Counted from the first letter of the stretch, positions 1 through 8,706 are shown. The stretch: 64,000 nucleotides of DNA from a virus (IMGVR_UViG_2030936005_000025:64001-128000), one strand, 5' to 3'. The notes: generated by a model not told the origin, from the sequence alone. Made by a program: numbers and translations.

Positions 1-83
1 TGCTCACCTTTGATCAATTTGTTTCTTTCCAGCTGTTCGGGTAACAGGAGAGAATCTACTAAAGTTTTCTTTTCTTGAGACAT
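1..83 (-). CDS. Hypothetical protein, 5' part only (MSQEKKTLVDSLLLPEQLERNKLIKGE...), runs off the window edge
   Basis: Read by hand: ATG at 83, AGGAG RBS upstream, frame open to position 1. Confidence 0.65.
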   Translation of the reverse strand, partial: MSQEKKTLVDSLLLPEQLERNKLIKGE

Positions 84-98
84 AACAAACTCCTATAA

Positions 99-126
99 GC
101 GTATCTAGGGATATCCCTAGATACGC
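99..126 (-). terminator. Perfect 28-bp palindrome, likely intrinsic terminator
   Basis: gcgtatctagggat|atccctagatacgc directly downstream of the 136-276 gene. Confidence 0.65.
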
Positions 127-135
127 CCTGTAGTA

Positions 136-276
136 TTATTTCTTTTTGTCTTTGGCTTTGTCAGCATCGTTATATTCTTTACCGACAGATTGAGGAACCC
201 CAACCTTTTTAGCAAACTCTGGTGAGTGTGCTACAGCCGCCATAAACTTCTTTTGTTTCTCAGATACACTGGGCAT
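136..276 (-). CDS. 46-aa basic microprotein MPSVSEKQKKFMAAVAHSPEFAKKVGVPQSVGKEYNDADKAKDKKK (not in ORF track)
   Basis: Translated by hand; GGAG RBS upstream, TAA at 136-138, terminator follows; resembles a small phage protein family as I recall it. Confidence 0.8.
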   Translation of the reverse strand: MPSVSEKQKKFMAAVAHSPEFAKKVGVPQSVGKEYNDADKAKDKKK

Positions 277-307
277 GACATTCTCCAACGTTAAGTCAAA
301 GAATTAA

Positions 308-676
308 TTATGCTTTCAGTAGTTCACCAATCCAGGCTTCCATCATGTTGTTCATAGGACGCGACACTGTTTCAGCACAGTGATGAACAATTGGAATATG
401 ACGGTAAGGTCCAGAGCCAGAGCCTGTACGAAGATACTTAAAAACATCGACCAACTTACCAGTCTGTGGGTTCCAGTGCCAACCAAAGCGAGAGAGAAGT
501 TTCTTCTGGTTGCGTTTGGAAAGAGATTTAATTTTACCTTTATTTACTTCGGCGTGTTTTAGAAGTTGGGTGATCTTCTCACTATGTGAACTTTTTGAAC
601 GAAGTACTTTGAGCAGGTATTGAGTATCAGCTGGAACTTCTTTACCAACCTCAACACCATTAGAGATATTGGTCAT
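308..676 (-). CDS. Hypothetical protein, 122 aa
   Basis: ORF track, co-oriented operon, GAG-type RBS. Confidence 0.7.
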   Translation of the reverse strand: MTNISNGVEVGKEVPADTQYLLKVLRSKSSHSEKITQLLKHAEVNKGKIKSLSKRNQKKLLSRFGWHWNPQTGKLVDVFKYLRTGSGSGPYRHIPIVHHCAETVSRPMNNMMEAWIGELLKA

Positions 677-688
677 AAATACTCTTCT

Positions 689-1048
689 TTATTTATATTT
701 GTGATAGTGGACCAGAAGCGGCTTACCTTCTATCAGTTTAGCGGATTCTGAGAGATATTCATAAGGGGTAATATACAACCAGCACTCACCACCAATCTGC
801 CAAGCCAGGAAACGACCGTCAATAATCGTATCTTTATCAAGGCTGATTAGATCGTGATCAATAAACATGTTGCTTTCAGTGTCATTACAAGAGGGTGCCG
901 CGGCAGGGTATTCACCAACAATGCCTCGCCACTGTCCGTCCATGGTAAATGGAATCAACTCACCTTTATGAATGATAACCGAACCCAACTGACCGTTCAT
1001 CATTTTGTACTGACCAGCAGTAAGTTTAGGAAGACCTTTAACTGACAT
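689..1048 (-). CDS. Hypothetical protein, 119 aa
   Basis: ORF track, tight operon spacing. Confidence 0.7.
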   Translation of the reverse strand: MSVKGLPKLTAGQYKMMNGQLGSVIIHKGELIPFTMDGQWRGIVGEYPAAAPSCNDTESNMFIDHDLISLDKDTIIDGRFLAWQIGGECWLYITPYEYLSESAKLIEGKPLLVHYHKYK

Positions 1049-1053
1049 TTATT

Positions 1054-1269
1054 TTACCACCATTTGCGATCATCGCCACCGAAGAGATAACGGCGAACAG
1101 TGTTTGGAATAAAGAAATGTAACGTGCTGAATAACGAAATGGCCAACAACACGCTACAGATGACAATAGCAGGGTTTTTATCCAGCTCCTGATTGTATCC
1201 CATATAAGAGATGAAACCGGTGATCACCCAACACAACACCATAATGATAAACTCTAGGAATCTTTCCAT
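1054..1269 (-). CDS. Small two-TM membrane protein, 71 aa
   Basis: Two hydrophobic segments (FIIMVLCWVITGFISY, AIVICSVLLAISLFSTLHFF); TAATG stop/start overlap. Confidence 0.7.
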   Translation of the reverse strand: MERFLEFIIMVLCWVITGFISYMGYNQELDKNPAIVICSVLLAISLFSTLHFFIPNTVRRYLFGGDDRKWW

Positions 1270-1577
1270 TAACGATGTCCTTTACGTGTTTTAGATACTG
1301 GCCAGGAGTGACGTTTACCTTTAACGATTTCCTGACGACTGTTACCTTTAACAGTGATCGGATTGTCTTTCGGTTCTTCCTTAATGATGTAATCGTATTC
1401 GAGCATTGCCTGGGTACCTTTAACAACCTGAAACCCAGCTGCTTCCAGTTCGTGAAGCCAGGAAGGTTCCATGGGATTACCGCCATGAACAATAACCTTT
1501 CTTGGTTCAGAATTAACGAAGTTATTACGACCCGTTATTTGGATCGCACCAATGTTCTTTGACGTTCTTCCTTCCAT
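1269..1577 (-). CDS. Hypothetical protein, 102 aa, basic C-terminal GNSRQ...HSWP motif
   Basis: ORF track, TAATG coupling at both ends. Confidence 0.7.
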   Translation of the reverse strand: MEGRTSKNIGAIQITGRNNFVNSEPRKVIVHGGNPMEPSWLHELEAAGFQVVKGTQAMLEYDYIIKEEPKDNPITVKGNSRQEIVKGKRHSWPVSKTRKGHR

Positions 1578-1759
1578 TATCGCTTACCTCGACGTTTGGG
1601 TTCAGGCCAGGAGTGTTTACCGCCGACAATACGTTTCTGACGGGAATTACCTGCTACCGTTTCCGGTTCATAATTCCGGTACTGTTTCATATTGGCTGTT
1701 GATGCTGCAACAAGTGAGAGTACTTTGATCAACTCACCCGTTATAAAGTTCTTTGACAT
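1577..1759 (-). CDS. Hypothetical protein, 60 aa, basic C-terminal GNSRQ...HSWP motif
   Basis: AAGGA RBS; C-terminal motif shared with the adjacent gene. Confidence 0.7.
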   Translation of the reverse strand: MSKNFITGELIKVLSLVAASTANMKQYRNYEPETVAGNSRQKRIVGGKHSWPEPKRRGKR

Positions 1760-1769
1760 ACATATCCTT

Positions 1770-1797
1770 AATAGAGGGGGAGCAATCCCCCTCTATT
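1770..1797 (-). terminator. 12-bp stem hairpin
   Basis: aatagaggggga-gcaa-tccccctctatt immediately after the 1800-2393 stop. Confidence 0.65.
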
Positions 1798-1799
1798 TA

Positions 1800-2393
1800 T
1801 TAGGAGAGCAGTAGCGAAGGTTTAAGTCTTTCAATAAAACGAAGACTGGTTGTAATCTCACCTTTCTCAACCAACTCACGAGCCACTTGACACAGTGAAC
1901 GTTCGGTAGTGAAAACAAGGCGGTTGCAATGACTGTCGTCAACATGGGAGAACGTATCAACAAAGTTGTCGATCTCTTCTGAATATTCAACGGTATTACG
2001 AAATGCGAACAAAGGTTCTGCTGTGATTTTCAGGTTATAATGATATACGGCCTGATAAAGGAAAACACGAACCTGATGCTGGTAGATCTTATCCGCAGAC
2101 TTGGTGTCGAAGATAAGTTCAATCCAGTTGCCACCGTTGCCCTTTAGTGTCGCTGTTAGCTCGTCAGCATACATATCCAAAGTGTAACCACGGTTGGCCA
2201 TAACCTTGGCTGCACCTTTCAGCTTGATGCGCTGAATGATATCTTCATGAATACTTGGGTATGCTTTCAATGCAGCACGCACAGGACAACCACTCAGACG
2301 GTCCATCTGAACTAAGCTCAGACCAGCCTGGATGTTTGATTTGTGGTGATGCATTTCACGAGCCAGCGTATTAGAAGGGTCTAAATTTAACAT
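1800..2393 (-). CDS. Hypothetical protein, 197 aa
   Basis: ORF track. Confidence 0.7.
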   Translation of the reverse strand: MLNLDPSNTLAREMHHHKSNIQAGLSLVQMDRLSGCPVRAALKAYPSIHEDIIQRIKLKGAAKVMANRGYTLDMYADELTATLKGNGGNWIELIFDTKSADKIYQHQVRVFLYQAVYHYNLKITAEPLFAFRNTVEYSEEIDNFVDTFSHVDDSHCNRLVFTTERSLCQVARELVEKGEITTSLRFIERLKPSLLLS

Positions 2394-2457
2394 GGGGGTA
2401 AATCCTTAAGCAAAGTAAAGTAAAAGTGTTATAGTCTTACATCGCTTCCGTATTAAG

Positions 2458-3408
2458 TTAATCCTTTTTATATCCCGACCTTCTTATGGTGAAGGCTTTC
2501 TTACCGAAAAGTAAGTTGGTATATTCTAAAGGAGAAAGAATAAAATCAGATAAAGTACACCAGTCGTTATTATCGACCTTGTTTTTGAGCGGTGCTCTGC
2601 CGCCGTTAATGAACCTTGACATTACATTTGTTTTTACATTATCTTTTAAATACGGATTGCCCGTATTAAAGACAACTGGATTCTCACGCAGCATAGCCGC
2701 ATAGAGATCTTCATTGGCAAGAAAAAGTCTCAGATGATAGGGAAATGCTGGGACGTATTTTAACTCATCAATTCCCACATCTTCGAACAACTTAATGAGT
2801 CGTTGAGATTCCTTTTCTTTGTGGATCAACGTCTTATTGAATCTAGCTAACTGGTAGATAGAGAACATGATTTCATCGTTGGATAAAACAGAACTGTTCG
2901 GATCCAACCAGAAGGCAGGATGATTCACATACTGTTGAATGTCCTCTACCGCCCCGTAGTACTTAACTGTAGGGTCTTTATGTTTAACGATCTTTGCTTG
3001 AGCAACAAAGATAGTCGGAACAGCAAGCTTGTCCTTCTTATCCTTATACGCGTAAAGACTTACTGGAACAGCAGTGTGACCTGCGGGGACTTCATCAGGA
3101 TAAAGGAAGCCGTATTCCTCACCGCACCACATCGGGTAATCTTTACCGAAGTAATCGATATCCCGTGCAATACGCCAACCACCCGTCATGGTTTCAACTT
3201 TACTTTCACCAGTTCCAGACAAACGAACATAAACGACATTCGCATCTTCAATAATACCACTACGAAGACACCAACCACCGCCGTTAGGCATGGCGTCGTG
3301 AATCTCGCCACTGTCATCAGTAATGAAGTACGGGTTCTTGAAACGTTGCCCATTGAAGGGAACAGTCATCCCAAATACAAATGGGTTATGGTTAAAATGC
3401 TTTTTCAT
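2458..3408 (-). CDS. Hypothetical protein, 316 aa
   Basis: ORF track; 4-nt overlap with upstream gene. Confidence 0.75.
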   Translation of the reverse strand: MKKHFNHNPFVFGMTVPFNGQRFKNPYFITDDSGEIHDAMPNGGGWCLRSGIIEDANVVYVRLSGTGESKVETMTGGWRIARDIDYFGKDYPMWCGEEYGFLYPDEVPAGHTAVPVSLYAYKDKKDKLAVPTIFVAQAKIVKHKDPTVKYYGAVEDIQQYVNHPAFWLDPNSSVLSNDEIMFSIYQLARFNKTLIHKEKESQRLIKLFEDVGIDELKYVPAFPYHLRLFLANEDLYAAMLRENPVVFNTGNPYLKDNVKTNVMSRFINGGRAPLKNKVDNNDWCTLSDFILSPLEYTNLLFGKKAFTIRRSGYKKD

Positions 3409-3878
3409 TTTTTATCCTTAGGAAGTTCCTGACCATAAAAGGTACATGTTTTACCATCGATGATCTTGGTTTCCCGATACCGATACCCAACTTTCGAGTC
3501 AGATAGTTTCAAGAGAACACTCACGGGGTTGAAGTCTTTAGGATCTGCAGACTTACCATATGTTAACCCAACCTCAGTAATTGATGCATCATCAAGAGGT
3601 TGAAGAGGAGCGTTTTCTAGAAAACGCTTGGCCATTGCTTTAGCTCGAGCAGTGTCATAGGGTTGATGAGAAGTAAATTCAATGCGCCCAGAAGAAGTTA
3701 TATTCAGTAATAAGGATGAACGGAAGGCGTCTTTCTGTTCTTGGGTCATGAAATGTTCAAAATCAAAACCAACAAGATGACCATCGTCATTGTAGATATG
3801 ATACAGCTGAAATAATTTTAAAAGATGAGGTGCTTGTTCGACATCTTCTTTACTTGGAGTAAAGTACTCTACGGTCAT
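3405..3878 (-). CDS. Hypothetical protein, 157 aa
   Basis: AGGAG RBS. Confidence 0.75.
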   Translation of the reverse strand: MTVEYFTPSKEDVEQAPHLLKLFQLYHIYNDDGHLVGFDFEHFMTQEQKDAFRSSLLLNITSSGRIEFTSHQPYDTARAKAMAKRFLENAPLQPLDDASITEVGLTYGKSADPKDFNPVSVLLKLSDSKVGYRYRETKIIDGKTCTFYGQELPKDKK

Positions 3879-3913
3879 GATAACTCCTAAGGGAATCCCT
3901 TCCCTCTTTTAAA

Positions 3914-4270
3914 TTAAGCGGATGGACGAGTCTTACCACTATTAGTCAAAGTGTGATTGTGGTTCAGGGAACGAACACGAGAAGATTCGATATCTTCCAT
4001 TTGTACCTGAACATCACAACGACCTTTACCGGTGTGAGACATCGTGATGGTATAACGAACGTCAAGACGTTCTGCAGCGACGAGAACAGCATCGAAGCTA
4101 ATTCCCTTAGTAATGTTATTACGGAGCTTAGAGATGATCCCAGGTGACATACGGATACTCTCTGCCAATTCACGGCCTGTAGTTCTCTGCAGGCGGAGAC
4201 CGACCAGATAGCTCATACGAGAGATCAACATTTTCTTTGCTTTGATAACTGTTTCATTACTATAACGCAT
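3914..4270 (-). CDS. XRE-family helix-turn-helix protein (start revised to MRYSNETV at 4270)
   Basis: GRELAESIRMSPGIISKLRNNITKGISFDAVLVAAERLDV fits an XRE/HigA-type HTH; GAGGT RBS before 4270. Confidence 0.65.
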   Translation of the reverse strand: MRYSNETVIKAKKMLISRMSYLVGLRLQRTTGRELAESIRMSPGIISKLRNNITKGISFDAVLVAAERLDVRYTITMSHTGKGRCDVQVQMEDIESSRVRSLNHNHTLTNSGKTRPSA

Positions 4271-4320
4271 GATGAATACCTCTAAATAGAATGGATTAAA
4301 TATCTGTGATTGTACACTCT

Positions 4321-4335
4321 GATAATATCTGTCTG
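4321..4335 (-). promoter_or_regulatory. Putative phage promoter motif, copy 1
   Basis: Plus-strand gataatatctgtctg; near-identical copies at 13472 and 48777, all upstream of minus-strand genes. Confidence 0.55.
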
Positions 4336-4367
4336 TATCCTTATGGGTTAAAGAAAACAACGATAAA

Positions 4368-4394
4368 CTGAATACCCTCATCGAGGGTATTCAG
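4368..4394 (-). terminator. Intrinsic terminator
   Basis: ctgaataccctc-atc-gagggtattcag with T-rich tail on the minus strand. Confidence 0.75.
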
Positions 4395-4399
4395 AATGT

Positions 4400-5707
4400 T
4401 TATGCGAACATTTTAAACCAAGTCTGTTTGATACGAGAAACCAGACTCACCGTGGGGCTTTCCAATACCACGACGTTATCTTTACTGCTGTTGATTAGAC
4501 CATTAAGAACAAAGAAGTGATCGAAGATAAAGATGTTATCTCCTGCCACACATTCAATGGAATAATACGGTTTACCATTGGTCCACGATACACAACGTAC
4601 TCGTACACCTTTCTCATCAAAGTTAGAGAAGGTCAACTGCCCTTTTGCAACGCGACCTTTGATATTGTCCACGATATCCTGATAGCAGGTCTTACCAATA
4701 AAGAAACTGCTGGAGAACACATCTGGCGTGATCTCAATCGTCTCTACATTGTGACCCGACATTTCCTGATAGTCGTTACCGTATTCCTGACGAAGCAACG
4801 CCAAGCCATTGATCAGCGTTCCGATCAGAATCCGATCTTCATTCAGGGTAATGGCATCCATCGTTTTGTTGTTAGTCTCGATGAACTTAACACCACCCAG
4901 TTGAGGATCATTGATCCCGACAAGTTTGATCGCACGATCTTTGGTCTGTAGTGTCACACGGATCTCAGTCTTGCTGTCCTGACGAGCTAACAGACAGCCG
5001 GCTACCTTTTCGACCATGTTCAGTGTGATCGTACCAGATCCGTTGTTCTTGATCTGATTCACCAGGGTCTTCACTTCGTTCAAGCAGGTGATCTTTGGCG
5101 TGTACTTATTGACCAGAGCTTCTGTCTTGATAAAGAAGGGAAGATTGACTTTGGTAGAATGAATAATGGCATCATTCTGGATGATATTGAAACCGATTAC
5201 CGGTTCGCCTTTTACATAAGTAATAGTGTCGATCATGACACTGGCGATTAATTTTTGGGCTGCATGATGATTAATGTAGATCGGGTTATCCGATCCAAAA
5301 CGGAACCAGTTGTAGACACGTTTCATCACGCTTGCATAGATCTTAGCGTTTAACAGTGCTTTGCTGTTTTCTGTGAAGTACAACGTTTCAGGATAGGAAC
5401 CCTCACCAAAGAACAGATCGGTATAAGGAATGTTCCCGTAAGTGTCTTCAAGACGACTGAACTCATTCAGTGCTTTGTTCAGATCCTGAGTTTGGAAAAG
5501 ACCGTCGTCGTTTAATACGATCTTGGTCTGGCTGACTTTGGTTACCAGGAAAGGCAAACTGTTGTAAGTAAAGCTTGCGTTCTTGTTTTCTTCCGTGATT
5601 AATTCAGCTGTTTTCAACATCAGTTTAATAAACTGGACGTTATCACCAACAGTGGTTAACGGGAAAGTTTTACCCAAAAAGATACGAATGTCAGAATGTC
5701 GTGCCAT
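4400..5707 (-). CDS. Hypothetical protein, 435 aa
   Basis: Long ORF with its own terminator; no recognised motif. Confidence 0.8.
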   Translation of the reverse strand: MARHSDIRIFLGKTFPLTTVGDNVQFIKLMLKTAELITEENKNASFTYNSLPFLVTKVSQTKIVLNDDGLFQTQDLNKALNEFSRLEDTYGNIPYTDLFFGEGSYPETLYFTENSKALLNAKIYASVMKRVYNWFRFGSDNPIYINHHAAQKLIASVMIDTITYVKGEPVIGFNIIQNDAIIHSTKVNLPFFIKTEALVNKYTPKITCLNEVKTLVNQIKNNGSGTITLNMVEKVAGCLLARQDSKTEIRVTLQTKDRAIKLVGINDPQLGGVKFIETNNKTMDAITLNEDRILIGTLINGLALLRQEYGNDYQEMSGHNVETIEITPDVFSSSFFIGKTCYQDIVDNIKGRVAKGQLTFSNFDEKGVRVRCVSWTNGKPYYSIECVAGDNIFIFDHFFVLNGLINSSKDNVVVLESPTVSLVSRIKQTWFKMFA

Positions 5708-5768
5708 GTGTTACCCTTATTATATTAGACCAGTATTTTACCAACTAGCGTAACGAACAAACAAAAAG

Positions 5769-5794
5769 AATAGATGAGGTTTCCCCCATCTATT
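5769..5794 (-). terminator. Intrinsic terminator with GAAA loop
   Basis: Minus strand aatagatgggg-gaaa-cctcatctatt followed by ctttttg. Confidence 0.7.
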
Positions 5795-5808
5795 TCTTAT
5801 TGGTGTTT

Positions 5809-8085
5809 TTATTTAACGGATTTTAGTACCCACTGTTCCAAGAACTTCAGGATATTCAACATTTTATCCTGATACGCCTTCTCCAGTTTGACCAGTTCAT
5901 CGGTAGCATATTCCCAAGAACACGCATCGATAGTTGAACCAGCAAGATCACTGGAAAGGTGTTTGTCCCAGAACTTGCTCTTATAGAAGTCATCTTCTTC
6001 AAGAGTACTTGCACTGAGTTTACCAGTGCGTTCAGCCATATCAGAAACTTGTTCAAGAATGGCGTAAACAAGATCACCCACTTCCTTGATCTTATCTTTA
6101 TTCAGCACCGGGACTTCAACCGCTTTGGTCTTCACATCCAGGCTGTCCAATCCTGCATCACTGATAACCCCAGTAATGAGTTCTGGTTTGATCGGATAAG
6201 AGGAATCGCCTTCAGAGATTGGCGTGTCTTCAGGAGAGTTCTTGAACTTGTTAAAGACTTTAACGCCGTTAGCAATACGCTCTTTAGCATTGCCGTGGGC
6301 TTTCTTGTAGGTTGCCTCTACACGAGAAGTCACCAGGTTCAAGATAGTCTTGGCATCAGCAGGTGAGTCGATGCTTTCCAACAGACCAGGAACAGAGAGC
6401 TTGACTTTACCAACGTTGATAAACTTCTGCTCTGCTTGCCACTTCTCAGAGGTATAGAGGTTAAACGCACCCCAACCTTCGCCAGTGTCTTTCTTGATCT
6501 TGGACAGTTCATGAGAGGCTGGTTTCTTCTTGAGCAAAGCAGCGATGTTATTAAAACCACTCTTAACTTGCTCCAGGAAACCTTCCATGCCCGCGATAGT
6601 CGGTTCGATCTCAGTACCGTAACGCTGCTTGATATCTTCAGCTGCCGCAGTTAGTAACTCGCTACCATCAGCGAACTGTTCCAGACCGGCAGACTCAGGT
6701 TCTGCATCACGGTAACCAGTAATTACAGTTTCCAGCGTTTCGATATCATTCTGCATATCAAACTGAGCTTCGATCAGTTCAGCACGACCAGGTTCGGCTG
6801 GTTCAATAGCTTCCACGAAGTCAGGATCAACCATTGGGTTGCGTTCAGCAGCTTCGGTGCTAACTTCAGGACCTGGCTCTGCGATCGTCGCAGCATCAAC
6901 GGCAGCAACACCACCTTCTGGCGCTTCAGCGGTCAGCGTGGCTTGTTCGATACCTTCTGGGGTATCCAGTACAGCGGGTTCTGGATTATCCGTTGGTAGG
7001 GTTTGCTGATCAGTGACTTCGGGACCGGCGTTGACATCAACAATGGTCGCAGTGATCAGGGTATTGGGTTTCTCTTCCAACACGACATTACAAGCGGCTT
7101 TATACTGATCGTGCCAGCCAGGCTGTGCCATATCGATAGTAGTGCCGTTTGGAGCGTGAAGGATGTCACCCAGGGATTCACCACCCATGATTTCGATTGG
7201 TATATAAGAAACGTCAGCATCTGGGTTTTCAGCCAGATAAGCTTGCCATTCATTATTATAGCGAACGATCGCAACTTGATCGCTACCATCACCAGTGCTA
7301 CCATCAGGGAAGTTTAGAATTGGAAAATCGGACATAACAACTTTCTCCTCTTCGATTCCCAGCGGATCTCGGCGATCATTCATACGCGCGAGTCGTGCTT
7401 CGAAATCGATAGGGTTGGATTCAGCTTTACCACCATTGGCGATAGCTGATTTCAAAGATTCATGAAACTCATCAGGACTACCTAACTCCTTAGCCCACTC
7501 TTTGATCCCTTGTTTCAATGACTTATTAAACCAGTCGGGATCATCGTTCATGTTTTCCATACCGGCAAGTGTAAAGAGATCTCCGGCCAAATAATCCTGA
7601 CCTAAGAACTCACCTTCACCCAGAACGATCTTCTTGCTAGCAGGGTCTGCTTCACAAGAATCGATGAAATCATTCCACGCGCCTTTCATCATACCGATGA
7701 AACCTTCCGTATTACCACGGGAGATGTAGCGTTGAATGTATTCTTCTTTCAATTCACGTTCTGGATATGCCAGCACATAATCGATACCTTGATCACGGAG
7801 CATCTCACGAACTGCTTCATGACTCGATACCAGAATAATCACATCGTCTAAACGCTCAAGGGTATCTTTGATGTGTTTGACGTAGTTACCAGGGAAGAAC
7901 TCTTTATCGAATTTAGAGCTATCAGAGTCGAATACAGGGATCCCATCACCAGCCGGTACTTGGATCTCATATTCTTTAGTAAAGTCGTTAAAGAAGACGT
8001 GAGCGGGTTTTAGACCACGTTCATCTGCTTCCTTAAAGATTGTGCTTTTACCCACCGCTGGGAAAGCAGAAAGAACAAGCTTCAT
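5809..8085 (-). CDS. 758-aa fusion: N-terminal P-loop NTPase/kinase-like domain, acidic linker, internal-head-protein-like C-terminus
   Basis: Walker A variant AFPAVGKST, then DSDSS and ILVSSH motifs; AGME/AGLE/AGME motifs like phiKZ-type prohead protease sites. Confidence 0.6.
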   Translation of the reverse strand: MKLVLSAFPAVGKSTIFKEADERGLKPAHVFFNDFTKEYEIQVPAGDGIPVFDSDSSKFDKEFFPGNYVKHIKDTLERLDDVIILVSSHEAVREMLRDQGIDYVLAYPERELKEEYIQRYISRGNTEGFIGMMKGAWNDFIDSCEADPASKKIVLGEGEFLGQDYLAGDLFTLAGMENMNDDPDWFNKSLKQGIKEWAKELGSPDEFHESLKSAIANGGKAESNPIDFEARLARMNDRRDPLGIEEEKVVMSDFPILNFPDGSTGDGSDQVAIVRYNNEWQAYLAENPDADVSYIPIEIMGGESLGDILHAPNGTTIDMAQPGWHDQYKAACNVVLEEKPNTLITATIVDVNAGPEVTDQQTLPTDNPEPAVLDTPEGIEQATLTAEAPEGGVAAVDAATIAEPGPEVSTEAAERNPMVDPDFVEAIEPAEPGRAELIEAQFDMQNDIETLETVITGYRDAEPESAGLEQFADGSELLTAAAEDIKQRYGTEIEPTIAGMEGFLEQVKSGFNNIAALLKKKPASHELSKIKKDTGEGWGAFNLYTSEKWQAEQKFINVGKVKLSVPGLLESIDSPADAKTILNLVTSRVEATYKKAHGNAKERIANGVKVFNKFKNSPEDTPISEGDSSYPIKPELITGVISDAGLDSLDVKTKAVEVPVLNKDKIKEVGDLVYAILEQVSDMAERTGKLSASTLEEDDFYKSKFWDKHLSSDLAGSTIDACSWEYATDELVKLEKAYQDKMLNILKFLEQWVLKSVK

Positions 8086-8139
8086 TATCTAACCTCAGGT
8101 TATATGACATAAAATCAAAAAAAAATAAAGAGATAAACA

Positions 8140-8164
8140 AGGTACTGGAGATTCTCCAGTACCT
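8140..8164 (-). terminator. Intrinsic terminator of rnhA
   Basis: aggtactggag-att-ctccagtacct; long T tract downstream on the minus strand. Confidence 0.75.
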
Positions 8165-8172
8165 GTCTATTA

Positions 8173-8706
8173 TTATTTACCCTTAAAACGGTTCCACGGT
8201 TTGTACGGGGTCTTCTGGCTAGGAGGTGTTGGTGTGAACCCCTCATCTATTTCAGAAGGCTCTGCAGCCGCTGCTTTTGCTAATACGTCACAAAGTTCAT
8301 TATCAGGAATACCTGAGTGAGCTTTGACTTTAATGAACTCGACCTTATGAAAGAGGGTGAGTGCATGGAGACGCTTAAACAAGTCAGCATTTTTCACATC
8401 TTCAAATACACCAGGCTGCGGTTGTCTTTTCCATCCATTTTTAATCCAACCCCACACCCACTTTGTAGCACCATCAATAGTGTATTGACTATCAGTATGA
8501 ATCTTTACAACAGAACGTTCTTGAATCTGGGAAAGAGCATCGATAACTGCCATGATCTCCATCCGGTTGTTAGTGGTCTTGAAATAACCCTTAGAGTGTT
8601 CTGTTTTCAGATCGCCGTAAGTCGCTACCCAAGCGTACCCACCGGGGGCACCATCCGCACTACCATTCCCTAACGCAGATCCATCAGTATAAATTATGTA
8701 CTCCAA
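8173..8706 (-). CDS. rnhA: Ribonuclease HI
   Basis: IYTDGSALGN, TTNNRMEIMAVI, TDSQY, VKAHSGIPDNELCDVLA: full D-E-D-D catalytic set. Confidence 0.95.
   Translation of the reverse strand: MEYIIYTDGSALGNGSADGAPGGYAWVATYGDLKTEHSKGYFKTTNNRMEIMAVIDALSQIQERSVVKIHTDSQYTIDGATKWVWGWIKNGWKRQPQPGVFEDVKNADLFKRLHALTLFHKVEFIKVKAHSGIPDNELCDVLAKAAAAEPSEIDEGFTPTPPSQKTPYKPWNRFKGK

Noticed and set aside
4271-4381. ORF-track N-terminal extension of the HTH gene
   Set aside because: Overlaps the upstream terminator and promoter motif; a better RBS precedes the ATG at 4270
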